Source: a virus
Lineage: Duplodnaviria; Caudoviricetes
IMG/VR virus record: IMGVR_UViG_3300037333_000141
Location: 1 to 56,130 of that record
DNA length: 56,130 nt
Direction: 5' to 3' (one strand)
Below, in pieces: positions 29,724-38,724 of this stretch (position 1 is its first letter; every line of letters begins with the position of its first letter). Below the pieces are notes generated by a model. It did no database searches, was not told the origin of the DNA, and worked only from the letters and a program-made list of their open reading frames with translations. The position numbers and the translations under genes were made by a program.

Positions 29724-31090
29724 TATTCATTCTCACTTTTTAACTTTTCAGTTAATCTCTCATCAATTTTGTCTAATATTTCTCCGAACTCATCTTCTCT
29801 ATCGCCTAACTCATCAAGTACTGAGTTGTAAGCATTTTTCATATCTTCATAAGTTTCCAAATTGTAAATATCTTCTAATTTTGAAGAGAAATCGTCATTA
29901 TCATCATTTCCAGTTTCAATCTCTTTTACTTTGTCTTCAACCCATCCAAGTATGCTTTTTACTGTACCATCTGCGACATCTTTAAATTCTACACGTGTCC
30001 AAATAGCTAATAGTTCTTCCATTCCATCATACTCTTTAGAATTATCAAACGTTACTCCACCATGACTATCTTTGAGTATCTGCTTGTATGTTTCATTACC
30101 TTTAAGCTTTTCTAATAGTTGAGTGCTTTTTTCAACAATGTCCTCATCAGTATCTTGCTCTTTATTTTCATTTATATTTTTAGCTTCTGCAATAAACTCT
30201 CTAATCTCTTGCTCATCACCACTTTTAACAAGTTTAGTATCATCGTTAGTTTCTACAATATCAAATGCTGTAAAATCTTCGTTTACTACTACTTGTAAAC
30301 TCTCATTTTCTTTTTGCAATTCTAATGTTAATTCTTTAGATAGTTTTTGCATTTCATCTTTTTTGAGTTGTTTTTCATCAGCTATTTTTTTATCATTTTC
30401 TGCTTTTACTTCTTTAGCTTTAACAACAGTAGATAACTCAGCTTCAAGGGCTTTTATCTCATCTTTAACACTTTGAATGTTTGCTTCTAGCTCTTTAGTA
30501 TCAACTGTTTTTATCTCAGGATTAGCTTTAACAAATTTAACGTGATTTGCTTTGATGATACCAGCGATTTTTTTAGCTTGAAGTGCATTATCCGTAAGTA
30601 CTTTTTTATCTGTAAAAATAGCTTTGTTTATATCTACATCATTAAGCACCCATCTAGTTACTTTTATAGGCTCATCTCTGTTCAATGAAGCACTATCTTT
30701 GTTTTCACCATACTGGCGTGCAAGACCTACGAGAGTTTGACCATCTTTAAATTGAATAATAAGTGGATAGTAAGTAGTAAGTTTATTTTCGCCTTTTACT
30801 TTACTTTTAAACGAAGCACTAAAACGGGCTTTATCTACAACTACTTTTGTATCATCACTAAGTAAGTTGTTTAATTTACGAATAAACTTTGTTAAGTTTT
30901 TTTGGAAACCTCTGTAAGTATCTCCCTCTATATTATCAAAGCTAATATCGCTATCTAAACTCTCTACATACTGCTCTACTGGTGCAACGTGTGGGTAAAT
31001 CTCATCTACTGTTAAAAGTGTTTGTTGTAAAGAAACAAATTGTTTACCAGCTCTTAAATCTTGTCTTATGATATTATAATCATCTCTCAT
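29723..31090 (-). CDS. darA: DarA-like protein (DarA N-terminal domain plus coiled coil)
   Basis: FKDGQTL...WVLNDVDI...AKKIAGIIKANHVKFVKAN resembles DarA_N; follows hdf-like gene. Confidence 0.7.
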   Translation of the reverse strand: MRDDYNIIRQDLRAGKQFVSLQQTLLTVDEIYPHVAPVEQYVESLDSDISFDNIEGDTYRGFQKNLTKFIRKLNNLLSDDTKVVVDKARFSASFKSKVKGENKLTTYYPLIIQFKDGQTLVGLARQYGENKDSASLNRDEPIKVTRWVLNDVDINKAIFTDKKVLTDNALQAKKIAGIIKANHVKFVKANPEIKTVDTKELEANIQSVKDEIKALEAELSTVVKAKEVKAENDKKIADEKQLKKDEMQKLSKELTLELQKENESLQVVVNEDFTAFDIVETNDDTKLVKSGDEQEIREFIAEAKNINENKEQDTDEDIVEKSTQLLEKLKGNETYKQILKDSHGGVTFDNSKEYDGMEELLAIWTRVEFKDVADGTVKSILGWVEDKVKEIETGNDDNDDFSSKLEDIYNLETYEDMKNAYNSVLDELGDREDEFGEILDKIDERLTEKLKSENE

Positions 31091-31578
31091 TATGCTACCT
31101 CTTTTTTTAAATCTTCTATTTGCTTTTTAAGCTCATCACGCTTTGTTTCTAACTCTTCAAGCTCTTTATTTAACACTTCGACTTTGTCGTTTTGCTCATC
31201 TCCATAAGCACTTGCTTTTTTTACTAACTTATCATTTCCTGTTTGTGCTTTTTTTAAGTTTTCAAAATTTACAGTTTTAACAATATCATCAGCAACTTTT
31301 TTCCAATTTGCACGTGCTACTTCGTGAGGTGCAACAGTTTCAAGATTGTTTATTTCAACTAACTGTATTTTTCCATCATTACGAATGTGAATAGATAGTG
31401 GAATCCCATCAACATTACCATCGAATATTGTTATTAAAGAACCTTGCTTTGTGTATGTACTAGCTTTAAAAAAAGTCCCTACTGTAAGACCTTTATCCTC
31501 TATCTCTTTTACTAAAGTGATAATTTTGTCTTTGTGTTTTTCTGCTAATGTTAATATCGCCGCGTTTGAACGTACCAT
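31090..31578 (-). CDS. hdf: Hdf-like protein (start reassigned from 31683 to 31578)
   Basis: LSIHIRNDGKIQLVEIN vs P1 Hdf LAIQVNDTGDISSVRLN; C-terminal coiled coil; AAGGA RBS. Confidence 0.6.
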   Translation of the reverse strand: MVRSNAAILTLAEKHKDKIITLVKEIEDKGLTVGTFFKASTYTKQGSLITIFDGNVDGIPLSIHIRNDGKIQLVEINNLETVAPHEVARANWKKVADDIVKTVNFENLKKAQTGNDKLVKKASAYGDEQNDKVEVLNKELEELETKRDELKKQIEDLKKEVA

Positions 31579-31636
31579 CTGTTTTCCTTGTGTAAGATTA
31601 AGTTTACATATTATCTTAAAATCTTTTAATATGTGT

Positions 31637-31852
31637 TTAAGATATTGTACCAACCCCTGCATAAGTACCAGCACTATCTCCACTTGTTACGACTACTGTT
31701 GTATCTATTTGACCTTTTAAAACTTCTTCTAGTATTGCGGAAACCATCGCACGAATTTGTTTCTCTCCAGCTTCTTTTTGCTCTGCACTTCCTTGTAGTC
31801 CACCTAAGTTGCTTATTGTTTTTGCTACTGCCGTATCTATACTTATTGACAT
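31637..31852 (-). CDS. Small virion protein (possible spike-tip-like)
   Basis: 71 aa; C-terminal VVVTSGDSAGTYAGVGTIS; AAGGA RBS. Confidence 0.5.
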   Translation of the reverse strand: MSISIDTAVAKTISNLGGLQGSAEQKEAGEKQIRAMVSAILEEVLKGQIDTTVVVTSGDSAGTYAGVGTIS

Positions 31853-32112
31853 TAATATTCCTTTTATATTTTTATTATTATATTTTATTATGTTTGAGTA
31901 TTACTTATAAATATTATTTTAATGATTTTTTATTGTTAGAAAGGTTGCTACCGCCATAAAAGACGGTAGAATAAAAGTAAAATGCTAGATGAACAACATT
32001 GTACATATATTCAACTTAAAATAATAAGCTGAAAAGTTATATCAAATTAGGGTAGTGTATGTTCAACATTCACAAAGTGTTGCAATACTCTGTGAAGTCA
32101 TCGGAATTATAT

Positions 32113-32511
32113 TCAATATGTGCTTTTTTTAACTTTAACTTCACATATATCTAATACTTCATACAACTTTCCACCATCTTTAAAACAATAACAACCATCT
32201 TTGAAAATCACTTCACTATCTTCGTTTATTTCAAACTCATCATCTTCTATATGTAAAATATCTCCTAAAAATATTTTATTGCCTTTTTTATCTTTTAAGC
32301 CACTATCACCATAGTTTAAAGCTTGCTCTAGCTGTTTTTCACTTATGTTATTTGCGACACATAATGAGCCTAAATGAAATATGCTTAAGAGTTTCTCACT
32401 CTTTTTTCTAGTAGCTCTTAATGCTCCCTCAGATTTACCGATGAAGTTTGCTAACTTTGTGAGCTGTAGCTTGCCTTTGTTTTTTCCTGTTGTGTTGTTG
32501 AAGTGAATCAT
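32113..32511 (-). CDS. HTH-like N-terminus fused to YopX-like C-terminus
   Basis: LTKLANFIGKSEGALR; GLKDKKGNKIFLGDIL...EVIFKDGCY. Confidence 0.55.
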   Translation of the reverse strand: MIHFNNTTGKNKGKLQLTKLANFIGKSEGALRATRKKSEKLLSIFHLGSLCVANNISEKQLEQALNYGDSGLKDKKGNKIFLGDILHIEDDEFEINEDSEVIFKDGCYCFKDGGKLYEVLDICEVKVKKSTY

Positions 32512-32512
32512 C

Positions 32513-32884
32513 TTACATTACCTCTATTATTATTTTAGTGTATGCACCATCAAGCGTTATGCTTTGTATCTCAGGACTTTTATTCACTATATCGCTTAAT
32601 GAGTACTTATTAAACATATTCCAATATACGAATACTTCACCTAAATTTATTTCAAATAACACTCTATCTTGTTTTAATGTTTTATACACTTTTGCACTAA
32701 CTATTGCTTTTACAACTTTTTTGATGTCCAGCTCTGTAGTTACAACTCTATGTGATACTTTATCGTGAATCGCAAGATTTTTATTTCTATTTATAAAAAT
32801 TTTATGTTTCTTTACATCCAATTTTTTAACATCTTTACCGAAATAAAAACTATTTTTAAACTCTTTAATCTCTCTTTTATTCAT
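32513..32884 (-). CDS. Hypothetical early protein
   Basis: 123-aa ORF immediately after a consensus promoter. Confidence 0.7.
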   Translation of the reverse strand: MNKREIKEFKNSFYFGKDVKKLDVKKHKIFINRNKNLAIHDKVSHRVVTTELDIKKVVKAIVSAKVYKTLKQDRVLFEINLGEVFVYWNMFNKYSLSDIVNKSPEIQSITLDGAYTKIIIEVM

Positions 32885-32915
32885 CTTTTCAACCTTTTTA
32901 CTTTTGATATATCGA

Positions 32916-32944
32916 ATTATAATACGGTTTTTTTATAATGTCAA
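32916..32944 (-). promoter_or_regulatory. Perfect sigma70 promoter TTGACA-N17-TATAAT
   Basis: -35 at 32939-32944, -10 at 32916-32921. Confidence 0.85.
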
Positions 32945-33194
32945 GTGTTTTGCTATATTTTACGAAATATTACATTTATTGTATTTTTAAGATATTTTTA
33001 AGAGGATTATAGTTATCATTTTTGTGTTGGAAGATTTACACAAACCAACTTTATAATATTTTTTTTCAGGAAATTTTAGGAAGTTTGTGTCTATTTTGTA
33101 AAAAGTATGTTGTCACCCAGGTGGTCAAAGTAACTGTATTTCATAAACTTTAAGTTGGTTTGTGGAGTGCTATTATATCAGAAGGATATTAAAA

Positions 33195-33278
33195 ATGGCA
33201 AAATTTAAAAAAGAATGTATTTGTTTTCTATGTGAATTGGAAGAAAAATTCGGAGATTTAGCAGAAAAGATATTTTAA
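33195..33278 (+). CDS. 27-aa small ORF MAKFKKECICFLCELEEKFGDLAEKIF
   Basis: AAGGA RBS; below track cutoff. Confidence 0.45.
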   Translation: MAKFKKECICFLCELEEKFGDLAEKIF

Positions 33279-33359
33279 AGTAAAAAACAACACCATATAT
33301 TATGGGGTTTAGTTAGCTTTTACCCCATAGTAAAACACAATAAAAAAAGGAGTTTATAA

Positions 33360-33749
33360 ATGAGTGCTTTTATAGATATATCAAATAAAGTTTTTGGAGA
33401 TTATTCTGTAGTAGAAATTTCAGATAAATATTATGACAAACGTATGATATGGGAAATAAAGTGTAATACTTGCGGATATAGCAAATTAAATCGTGTTAGT
33501 GACATTATATCGGGTCGTTGTACTAAATGCTTTATATGTGCTAAAAACAAAGCTGTAGGTCTAAATATGAAACAGATAAAAGAGATTGAAGTATTATATA
33601 TTATTGATTGCTTAAGTGCTAAAGAAATTGCTGAACGATATAATATTAATAGATGTATTGTTTATAGATTAAAAAAACGCTTTGAATGGGGAGATTACAA
33701 AAAGCCAAATGTTAAAAGAAGCAATTACAACAGACCTTTTATCAAGTAG
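33360..33749 (+). CDS. Zn-binding/HTH DNA-binding protein
   Basis: KVFGDYSVVE...WEIKCNTCG, CFIC, SAKEIAERYNINRCIVYR; AAGGAG RBS. Confidence 0.65.
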   Translation: MSAFIDISNKVFGDYSVVEISDKYYDKRMIWEIKCNTCGYSKLNRVSDIISGRCTKCFICAKNKAVGLNMKQIKEIEVLYIIDCLSAKEIAERYNINRCIVYRLKKRFEWGDYKKPNVKRSNYNRPFIK

Positions 33750-33769
33750 GCTATTTATTCCGCCTACTT
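33744..33769. terminator. Hairpin between convergent genes
   Basis: AAGTAGGC...GCCTACTT followed by CTTTT. Confidence 0.6.
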
Positions 33770-33921
33770 CTTTTACTATCAATTATATCTTGCAATATTT
33801 CATCCCTATTTATACACTTTGTTATCATATTATATAAATCTTGCTGTGTGTATAAACGACCCTCTATTAGTATAGATTTTGCTTGTTTTATTGGGTGCCC
33901 GTTATTGTCAAATGCTATCAT
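33751..33921 (-). CDS. Hypothetical 56-aa protein
   Basis: Hand-translated MIAFDNNGHP...; AAGGAG RBS. Confidence 0.5.
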   Translation of the reverse strand: MIAFDNNGHPIKQAKSILIEGRLYTQQDLYNMITKCINRDEILQDIIDSKRSRRNK

Positions 33922-33936
33922 AATATACTCCTTTTT

Positions 33937-34143
33937 TTAGTCAATATCTATTTTTGAACTAACTGCAATAGAATTTATCTTATTTCTAAATTGCTTGTTT
34001 CTTTTAAATATTTCATCTAATAACTCTTTTTTATCATTATCACATAAAAAAGAGTTATAGATATTTATTTCTAATTTTTCTAAATCCGCTTCATCCATAA
34101 TTGATATTTCTAATTTTTTGTTTTCTATCTCAAATCTAGTCAT
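33937..34143 (-). CDS. Hypothetical protein
   Basis: 68-aa ORF with AAGGA RBS. Confidence 0.6.
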   Translation of the reverse strand: MTRFEIENKKLEISIMDEADLEKLEINIYNSFLCDNDKKELLDEIFKRNKQFRNKINSIAVSSKIDID

Positions 34144-34152
34144 ATATTTTCC

Positions 34153-34648
34153 TTAAAATGGAATTTCTTCCATATCTATATCTATCTCAGGTGGGTTTAA
34201 AGGCATTTCACCGATGTTGTGGCTGTTGGTAGCCACTTTGTTGTTGCGGTTGCTGTTGATGATAAACTGGTACATTGTTTCTTTGCTGTGTTTGGTGATT
34301 TTGCTGTTGCTGTTGATTATCGCTTTTTCTATCTACAAAAGTAAAATCATTTAGCTTTATACTAACCATTGATTTTTTTTCTCCATTTTGGTCTTGCCAT
34401 CTATCTTGAACTAACGAACCATTGATTAGAATGCGTGAGCCTTTATGAAAATATTGGCTTATAGTTTCAGCACGCTTACCAAATACTGAAACTTTAAAAA
34501 AGTGAGCCTTTTCTATTTTGTTACCATTTTGGTCTTGATAACTTTCATTTACTGCTATGCTAAAATTTCCTATAGCTGTGCTACTTTGTGAGTATTTTAA
34601 CTCAACTTCATCTGTTAATGTTCCCATTATTTGTATATTATTAAACAT
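34153..34648 (-). CDS. ssb: Single-stranded DNA-binding protein; acidic tail out of frame after ~34218
   Basis: OB-fold NNIQIMG.L..VELKY, FSIAVN, KGSRILING.L; EIDIDMEEIPF* lies in the +1 frame. Confidence 0.92.
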
Positions 34649-34669
34649 TGTAAACTCCTTTTTTAGTGT

Positions 34670-34879
34670 TTAAAGATTTGCAATCTCATTCTTTATTGTA
34701 TCAGTATCTAGCTTTGTTACTAAACCAATTTGCTGGACAAGCATGTCTTTAAGAGCTATATCGCAACACCATTCATAATCTATAAACACTTTGTAAAAAG
34801 TAGTTTCTCCATCTTTTCTCTTCTTTTTATGTTTTTCAACTAAAACGTTTTCAAAATCAATTTGATTTATTTTACTCAT
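34670..34879 (-). CDS. Hypothetical protein
   Basis: 69-aa ORF with AAGGA RBS. Confidence 0.6.
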   Translation of the reverse strand: MSKINQIDFENVLVEKHKKKRKDGETTFYKVFIDYEWCCDIALKDMLVQQIGLVTKLDTDTIKNEIANL

Positions 34880-34887
34880 TCATATCC

Positions 34888-35733
34888 TTATATTATTTCA
34901 TCTTGTGCTATCTGTTCCATTCCACTATGAAAAAAAGCTTGAATTTCAGGTAACACTTGATTTAATTTATTTTCTCCGTTTTGCATCATCTCTGACCCAA
35001 AAGTTACCATCTTAACATCAAAAGTTTTTTTACTTGCTAGAAGTAGTTTAAATCTAACGTCTTTACTTATTCCGTTGTGTTCCAGCCACGACTTAACCGC
35101 TTTTACATAAAGTACACCTTGTAGGTCGTAGTTATTTTCTTGAAGTGCCTTAACTAATCCCCATCTTATGCCACTTTCTGCATCTCTTTTGTATTTAGTT
35201 GCATAGAAGTCATAAAATACACTCTTTAAATCTATAATCTCAATAAGACTATCTGAAACCTCTACTACTTTATCAAGTTTTGCACGATAAGGAACTCCGT
35301 TGATATTAGTTAATATTGTTACTTCATTCCATTCGCTAGGCTCTACCATATAAGGATATTTAATCTTTATATTTTCATAAGCACCTTTAATAAATGCAAA
35401 ATCTTCTGTATGAATAAAAGTTCTTTTTACATCGTTAAAATCGTTCTTCATTTCTCCAATATAATAGCGCTTTTCAAACTCATCATTTTCTAAAATATAG
35501 CAATGGAATGCACTTCCTACATCAAATATATACTGTAATTCCTTAGATATTTCAGCTTTATTCTCTTTTATTAACACTTCATAGGCATCTCTTTTATAAA
35601 TTTCTTTTAGAGTTGAAGCACTAAGCACTAACTTTTCATTATCAAAATAACTTACTTTACCTATACTAAAATACTCATCATCTGATATTTTCAGTATTTT
35701 TGGTACTGAAAAATCATTTCTACTTAAAGGCAT
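34888..35733 (-). CDS. PD-(D/E)xK exonuclease (RecE/DUF3799-like); start reassigned to 35733
   Basis: LSASTLK, GSAFHCYILE, RAKLD, IIDLKS, YDLQ..LY; adjacent to RecT. Confidence 0.82.
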   Translation of the reverse strand: MPLSRNDFSVPKILKISDDEYFSIGKVSYFDNEKLVLSASTLKEIYKRDAYEVLIKENKAEISKELQYIFDVGSAFHCYILENDEFEKRYYIGEMKNDFNDVKRTFIHTEDFAFIKGAYENIKIKYPYMVEPSEWNEVTILTNINGVPYRAKLDKVVEVSDSLIEIIDLKSVFYDFYATKYKRDAESGIRWGLVKALQENNYDLQGVLYVKAVKSWLEHNGISKDVRFKLLLASKKTFDVKMVTFGSEMMQNGENKLNQVLPEIQAFFHSGMEQIAQDEII

Positions 35734-36656
35734 TTTTCTAAATCTGCTTTCATATCTGATAATACTTGTGGAGCATAACCTCTCCAATCAGGATTAAGTT
35801 GCATTATGTCTGCCATCTTTGCTTTAGCATCAGGTGTTGCTTGTTTATATAAATTTGTAATATCATTAACTGTTACTGTTTCTACTTGGTCTATAACCTC
35901 TTTTTTGTCTGCAAATGATAAAGAGTTGCTTCCATTGCTGTTTGTCGCTTTTTTAGTTGTTTCTACTTCAATTACATCGTAATTCAATCTATCTGCTACA
36001 CCTAATTGTTTTTCTAAGTTTGATTTTTTACCATTCGCTAGATTTACCTCGCTAAACATTTTTCTGAACGCTTTGTGTTTATAGTTAGCGATTTGATGAG
36101 TTTTACTCTGTAATTGTTTCGTTACTTCTTTTAGATACCCCAACCCAACTATACACGTTTGTCTTGGCATATCTATATTGTCAAGTGATGTTATTTTAAA
36201 ATAAAAACCTAAAAAACTTTTTTCTACAAACTCAGGTTTTGTTTTTTCAAGTCTTGCTTGTTGCCCTATTGTTAAATCGCTTTCTAAAACTTCCGAACTA
36301 TCAATATCCCAAATATTGATACACTCTACAAAAAAGCCTTTTTCAGCGATTATTTTTTGTATCGCTTCTGCTCTCATAACAATTTCTAGTTTCACGCCAC
36401 CTTTACCACTAAATGGTAGTATGTAAAGCTCTTTAGCGCTTGGAGATATATCTAGTCCAGCTCTTGTAGCTCTGTATGCAACATTTAGCAACTCTTGTGG
36501 ATTAGCTTTACCTGTAAGATATTTATCACTACAAATTGATATAAAGTTATCTTTAAATTTTTCTCTATCATCTTCACTTAAATTCTTTAGCTTTTGATTA
36601 TTTATATTAATTAAACCTAGTGCGTCTTGTTCGTTGTTTATTTTTTGAATTTGCAT
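35724..36656 (-). CDS. recT: RecT-family ssDNA annealing protein
   Basis: A...GLD......LYILPF, K.AFRK; paired with exonuclease and SSB. Confidence 0.75.
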   Translation of the reverse strand: MQIQKINNEQDALGLININNQKLKNLSEDDREKFKDNFISICSDKYLTGKANPQELLNVAYRATRAGLDISPSAKELYILPFSGKGGVKLEIVMRAEAIQKIIAEKGFFVECINIWDIDSSEVLESDLTIGQQARLEKTKPEFVEKSFLGFYFKITSLDNIDMPRQTCIVGLGYLKEVTKQLQSKTHQIANYKHKAFRKMFSEVNLANGKKSNLEKQLGVADRLNYDVIEVETTKKATNSNGSNSLSFADKKEVIDQVETVTVNDITNLYKQATPDAKAKMADIMQLNPDWRGYAPQVLSDMKADLEKCL

Positions 36657-36660
36657 TTCC

Positions 36661-37905
36661 CTAACCTCTTTTTAATTCAATCATATCAAAATGAATTTTT
36701 ATCATTTCTAGCATTTTATTTTTAGCTTCATCTTCACTATTTGCTTCTACTGCAAAACTACTCATAAACTCAACATCATCAGCACTAAGTCTATATTTTC
36801 CATCTAATACAGTTTCTCTTTGTGTCGGTTCAGTTTCTTCTTGCTGTTTCTGTTGCTGTAAAACAATATTTTCTTTTATTTCAGATAGTTTGTCGTTCAT
36901 AGCTTGAAGTTTGTAATTTGCTTCAATTTTAAGAGTATCACTTTTAAGTCTATCAATATCAGCTTTAACTAAAGGGATAGTATCTTCTAAAAATTCAAGT
37001 GTTGAAATCTCTATATTTATGTTTCTAATACCATTGATTATAGGCTCATCTAAATCTGCTTCTAAAGATTGCTTTGCTTCATTTTCACTTACTTTAATCT
37101 TTGTGTTGATGACTGCGATTTTTGAAGTTATAGACGCTTTTGCACTATCAGCTATATGAGTATATGAAGTATCAACCATAAGTAATAATTCATTAAGTTT
37201 TTTAAGTTGATTAGTATAGTCTAACTCATCAATCGAACTCATTTGAGTAGCAAAAAGATTATGCTCTCTTTCTGTATCTTCTTTCACTTTTTTAGCTTCG
37301 ATTAGTGGTTTGGATATTTTCTCAAACTCTTCTATAATAGCTTTCTTAGCGGAGCTTGACAACTCTTCTTTAGTGTTTAAATCAAAAGTTTTTATCTTCT
37401 TTTTTAATTCAATAAAAGACTCAAACATATCAACAGTTATGTGCAAATCAGTTTCAGCTATGAGAGCTTCAAATGCTCTTATCATAGAGTATCTACGTGT
37501 TTTATATATTTCTTCGTTTAACTCATCTATCTTCGTTTTAAAATCAATAGAATTTAAAGCTTTTTCTCTTTTTGTAAACTCTGATTTTAGCTCATCGAAT
37601 GGTGCTGTTGCTTGAATTCGTGTACCATTTAACCATTTATGGATTATTGATGTTTGTTTTCTCATTGCTTCTAAATCTTCGACACTATCAGCACTTTCAA
37701 TCTTTTCTTCTATAAAAGAAATTAAACCATCTACTGCTATGCTTATCTCATCAGCATTGTGAATTACTTTACCATTCGCAAAACCTATTTTTATAGGATT
37801 TAACTCCCAATTTTTAGACTTGTTTTGCTCGTTTAATTGATTGAAAAAATCGCTATCATCTAGCTTTGTCCCAACTATACTTTTTATTTTTTGCAACTTA
37901 CCCAT
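36661..37905 (-). CDS. Coiled-coil protein (DUF1351-like)
   Basis: LN..R.....PFDE..; typical position before RecT. Confidence 0.55.
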   Translation of the reverse strand: MGKLQKIKSIVGTKLDDSDFFNQLNEQNKSKNWELNPIKIGFANGKVIHNADEISIAVDGLISFIEEKIESADSVEDLEAMRKQTSIIHKWLNGTRIQATAPFDELKSEFTKREKALNSIDFKTKIDELNEEIYKTRRYSMIRAFEALIAETDLHITVDMFESFIELKKKIKTFDLNTKEELSSSAKKAIIEEFEKISKPLIEAKKVKEDTEREHNLFATQMSSIDELDYTNQLKKLNELLLMVDTSYTHIADSAKASITSKIAVINTKIKVSENEAKQSLEADLDEPIINGIRNINIEISTLEFLEDTIPLVKADIDRLKSDTLKIEANYKLQAMNDKLSEIKENIVLQQQKQQEETEPTQRETVLDGKYRLSADDVEFMSSFAVEANSEDEAKNKMLEMIKIHFDMIELKRG

Positions 37906-37922
37906 AACACTTACCTTTATAT

Positions 37923-38090
37923 TTATTTAACTTTTTTTCTTTCTCTTTTCATTTTTTCTCTTACTGCTATTACGACAAATTCTGATAATCCCTTATAAAC
38001 TGTACTATCATCAATAAACTTTTTAAATTCTTCCTTTTCACTTGGAAGCATTGAAATAGTTAGTCTCGCATCTTTTACTTCACGTGCCAT
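37923..38090 (-). CDS. Ribbon-helix-helix-like regulator, 55 aa
   Basis: Hand-translated MAREVKDARLTISMLPSEKEEFKKF...LSEFVVIAVREKM; AAGGAG RBS and TATAAT upstream. Confidence 0.6.
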   Translation of the reverse strand: MAREVKDARLTISMLPSEKEEFKKFIDDSTVYKGLSEFVVIAVREKMKRERKKVK

Positions 38091-38167
38091 GTGTTTTTCT
38101 CCTTATTATTAATTTTGTTGTTTTGAAATTATACACAATTTCATCTTAATTACTTCTTGTAAAAATA

Positions 38168-38434
38168 TTATTTATTATTTTTCTCTTTTAGCGCCATCTT
38201 TAGCAAAACTAAATATCCTAATAAGTCCTCGATTATGTCCTCATCTTCGCTAATATGCTGTGTTTGTAATCGACTTATCTTGTCATCTAGCCTAACAAGT
38301 ATCTGCTCAACGGCTGATGCCTTAGAAAAAACTCTTTTTGGCTCTAATGCGGAGTTTCCGTACTTCTTATTTTTTTCAATAAGTAAATCTTTTAAATCAT
38401 TTGTTATTTTCGTAACTTTATCTTCAAATATCGT
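38168..38434 (-). CDS. Nmad1/DUF1599-like (MazG-like, nucleotide-modification-associated) protein with non-AUG start
   Basis: Not in track; KNKKYGNS...VRLDDKISRL...EDLLGYLVL; AAGGA then ACG. Confidence 0.72.
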   Translation of the reverse strand, partial: TIFEDKVTKITNDLKDLLIEKNKKYGNSALEPKRVFSKASAVEQILVRLDDKISRLQTQHISEDEDIIEDLLGYLVLLKMALKEKNNK

Positions 38435-38663
38435 TATAATAATCCTTTGTAGGTTTTGCTATCCATAAGTGACCGCTACCCTCGCTAATTTCAACTCTAT
38501 ATTTAACACAATCATTCACATACTCACTCCAATCTATAACATCGAGTGAGCTTATGTAAATTCCTTTAGTGGTGTAAACTACTTGCATTTTATTTTTCCA
38601 ACCAAACTTTAAATCAGAACCATCTACTATATCTACTCTTAGTATATGTACTTTTTTAATCAT
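38424..38663 (-). CDS. Hypothetical protein
   Basis: 79-aa ORF with AAGGG RBS. Confidence 0.6.
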   Translation of the reverse strand: MIKKVHILRVDIVDGSDLKFGWKNKMQVVYTTKGIYISSLDVIDWSEYVNDCVKYRVEISEGSGHLWIAKPTKDYYNDI

Positions 38664-38724
38664 TTCAACCCTTTACAATTTGTGTATATCATAAGCGATA
38701 ATAACCCACTCACATATCAAAGTG

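Noticed and set aside
33857-33865. CGACCCTCT match to the 46.48-kb RNA seed
   Set aside because: Only 9 nt, same orientation as the seed rather than complementary, and inside a CDS
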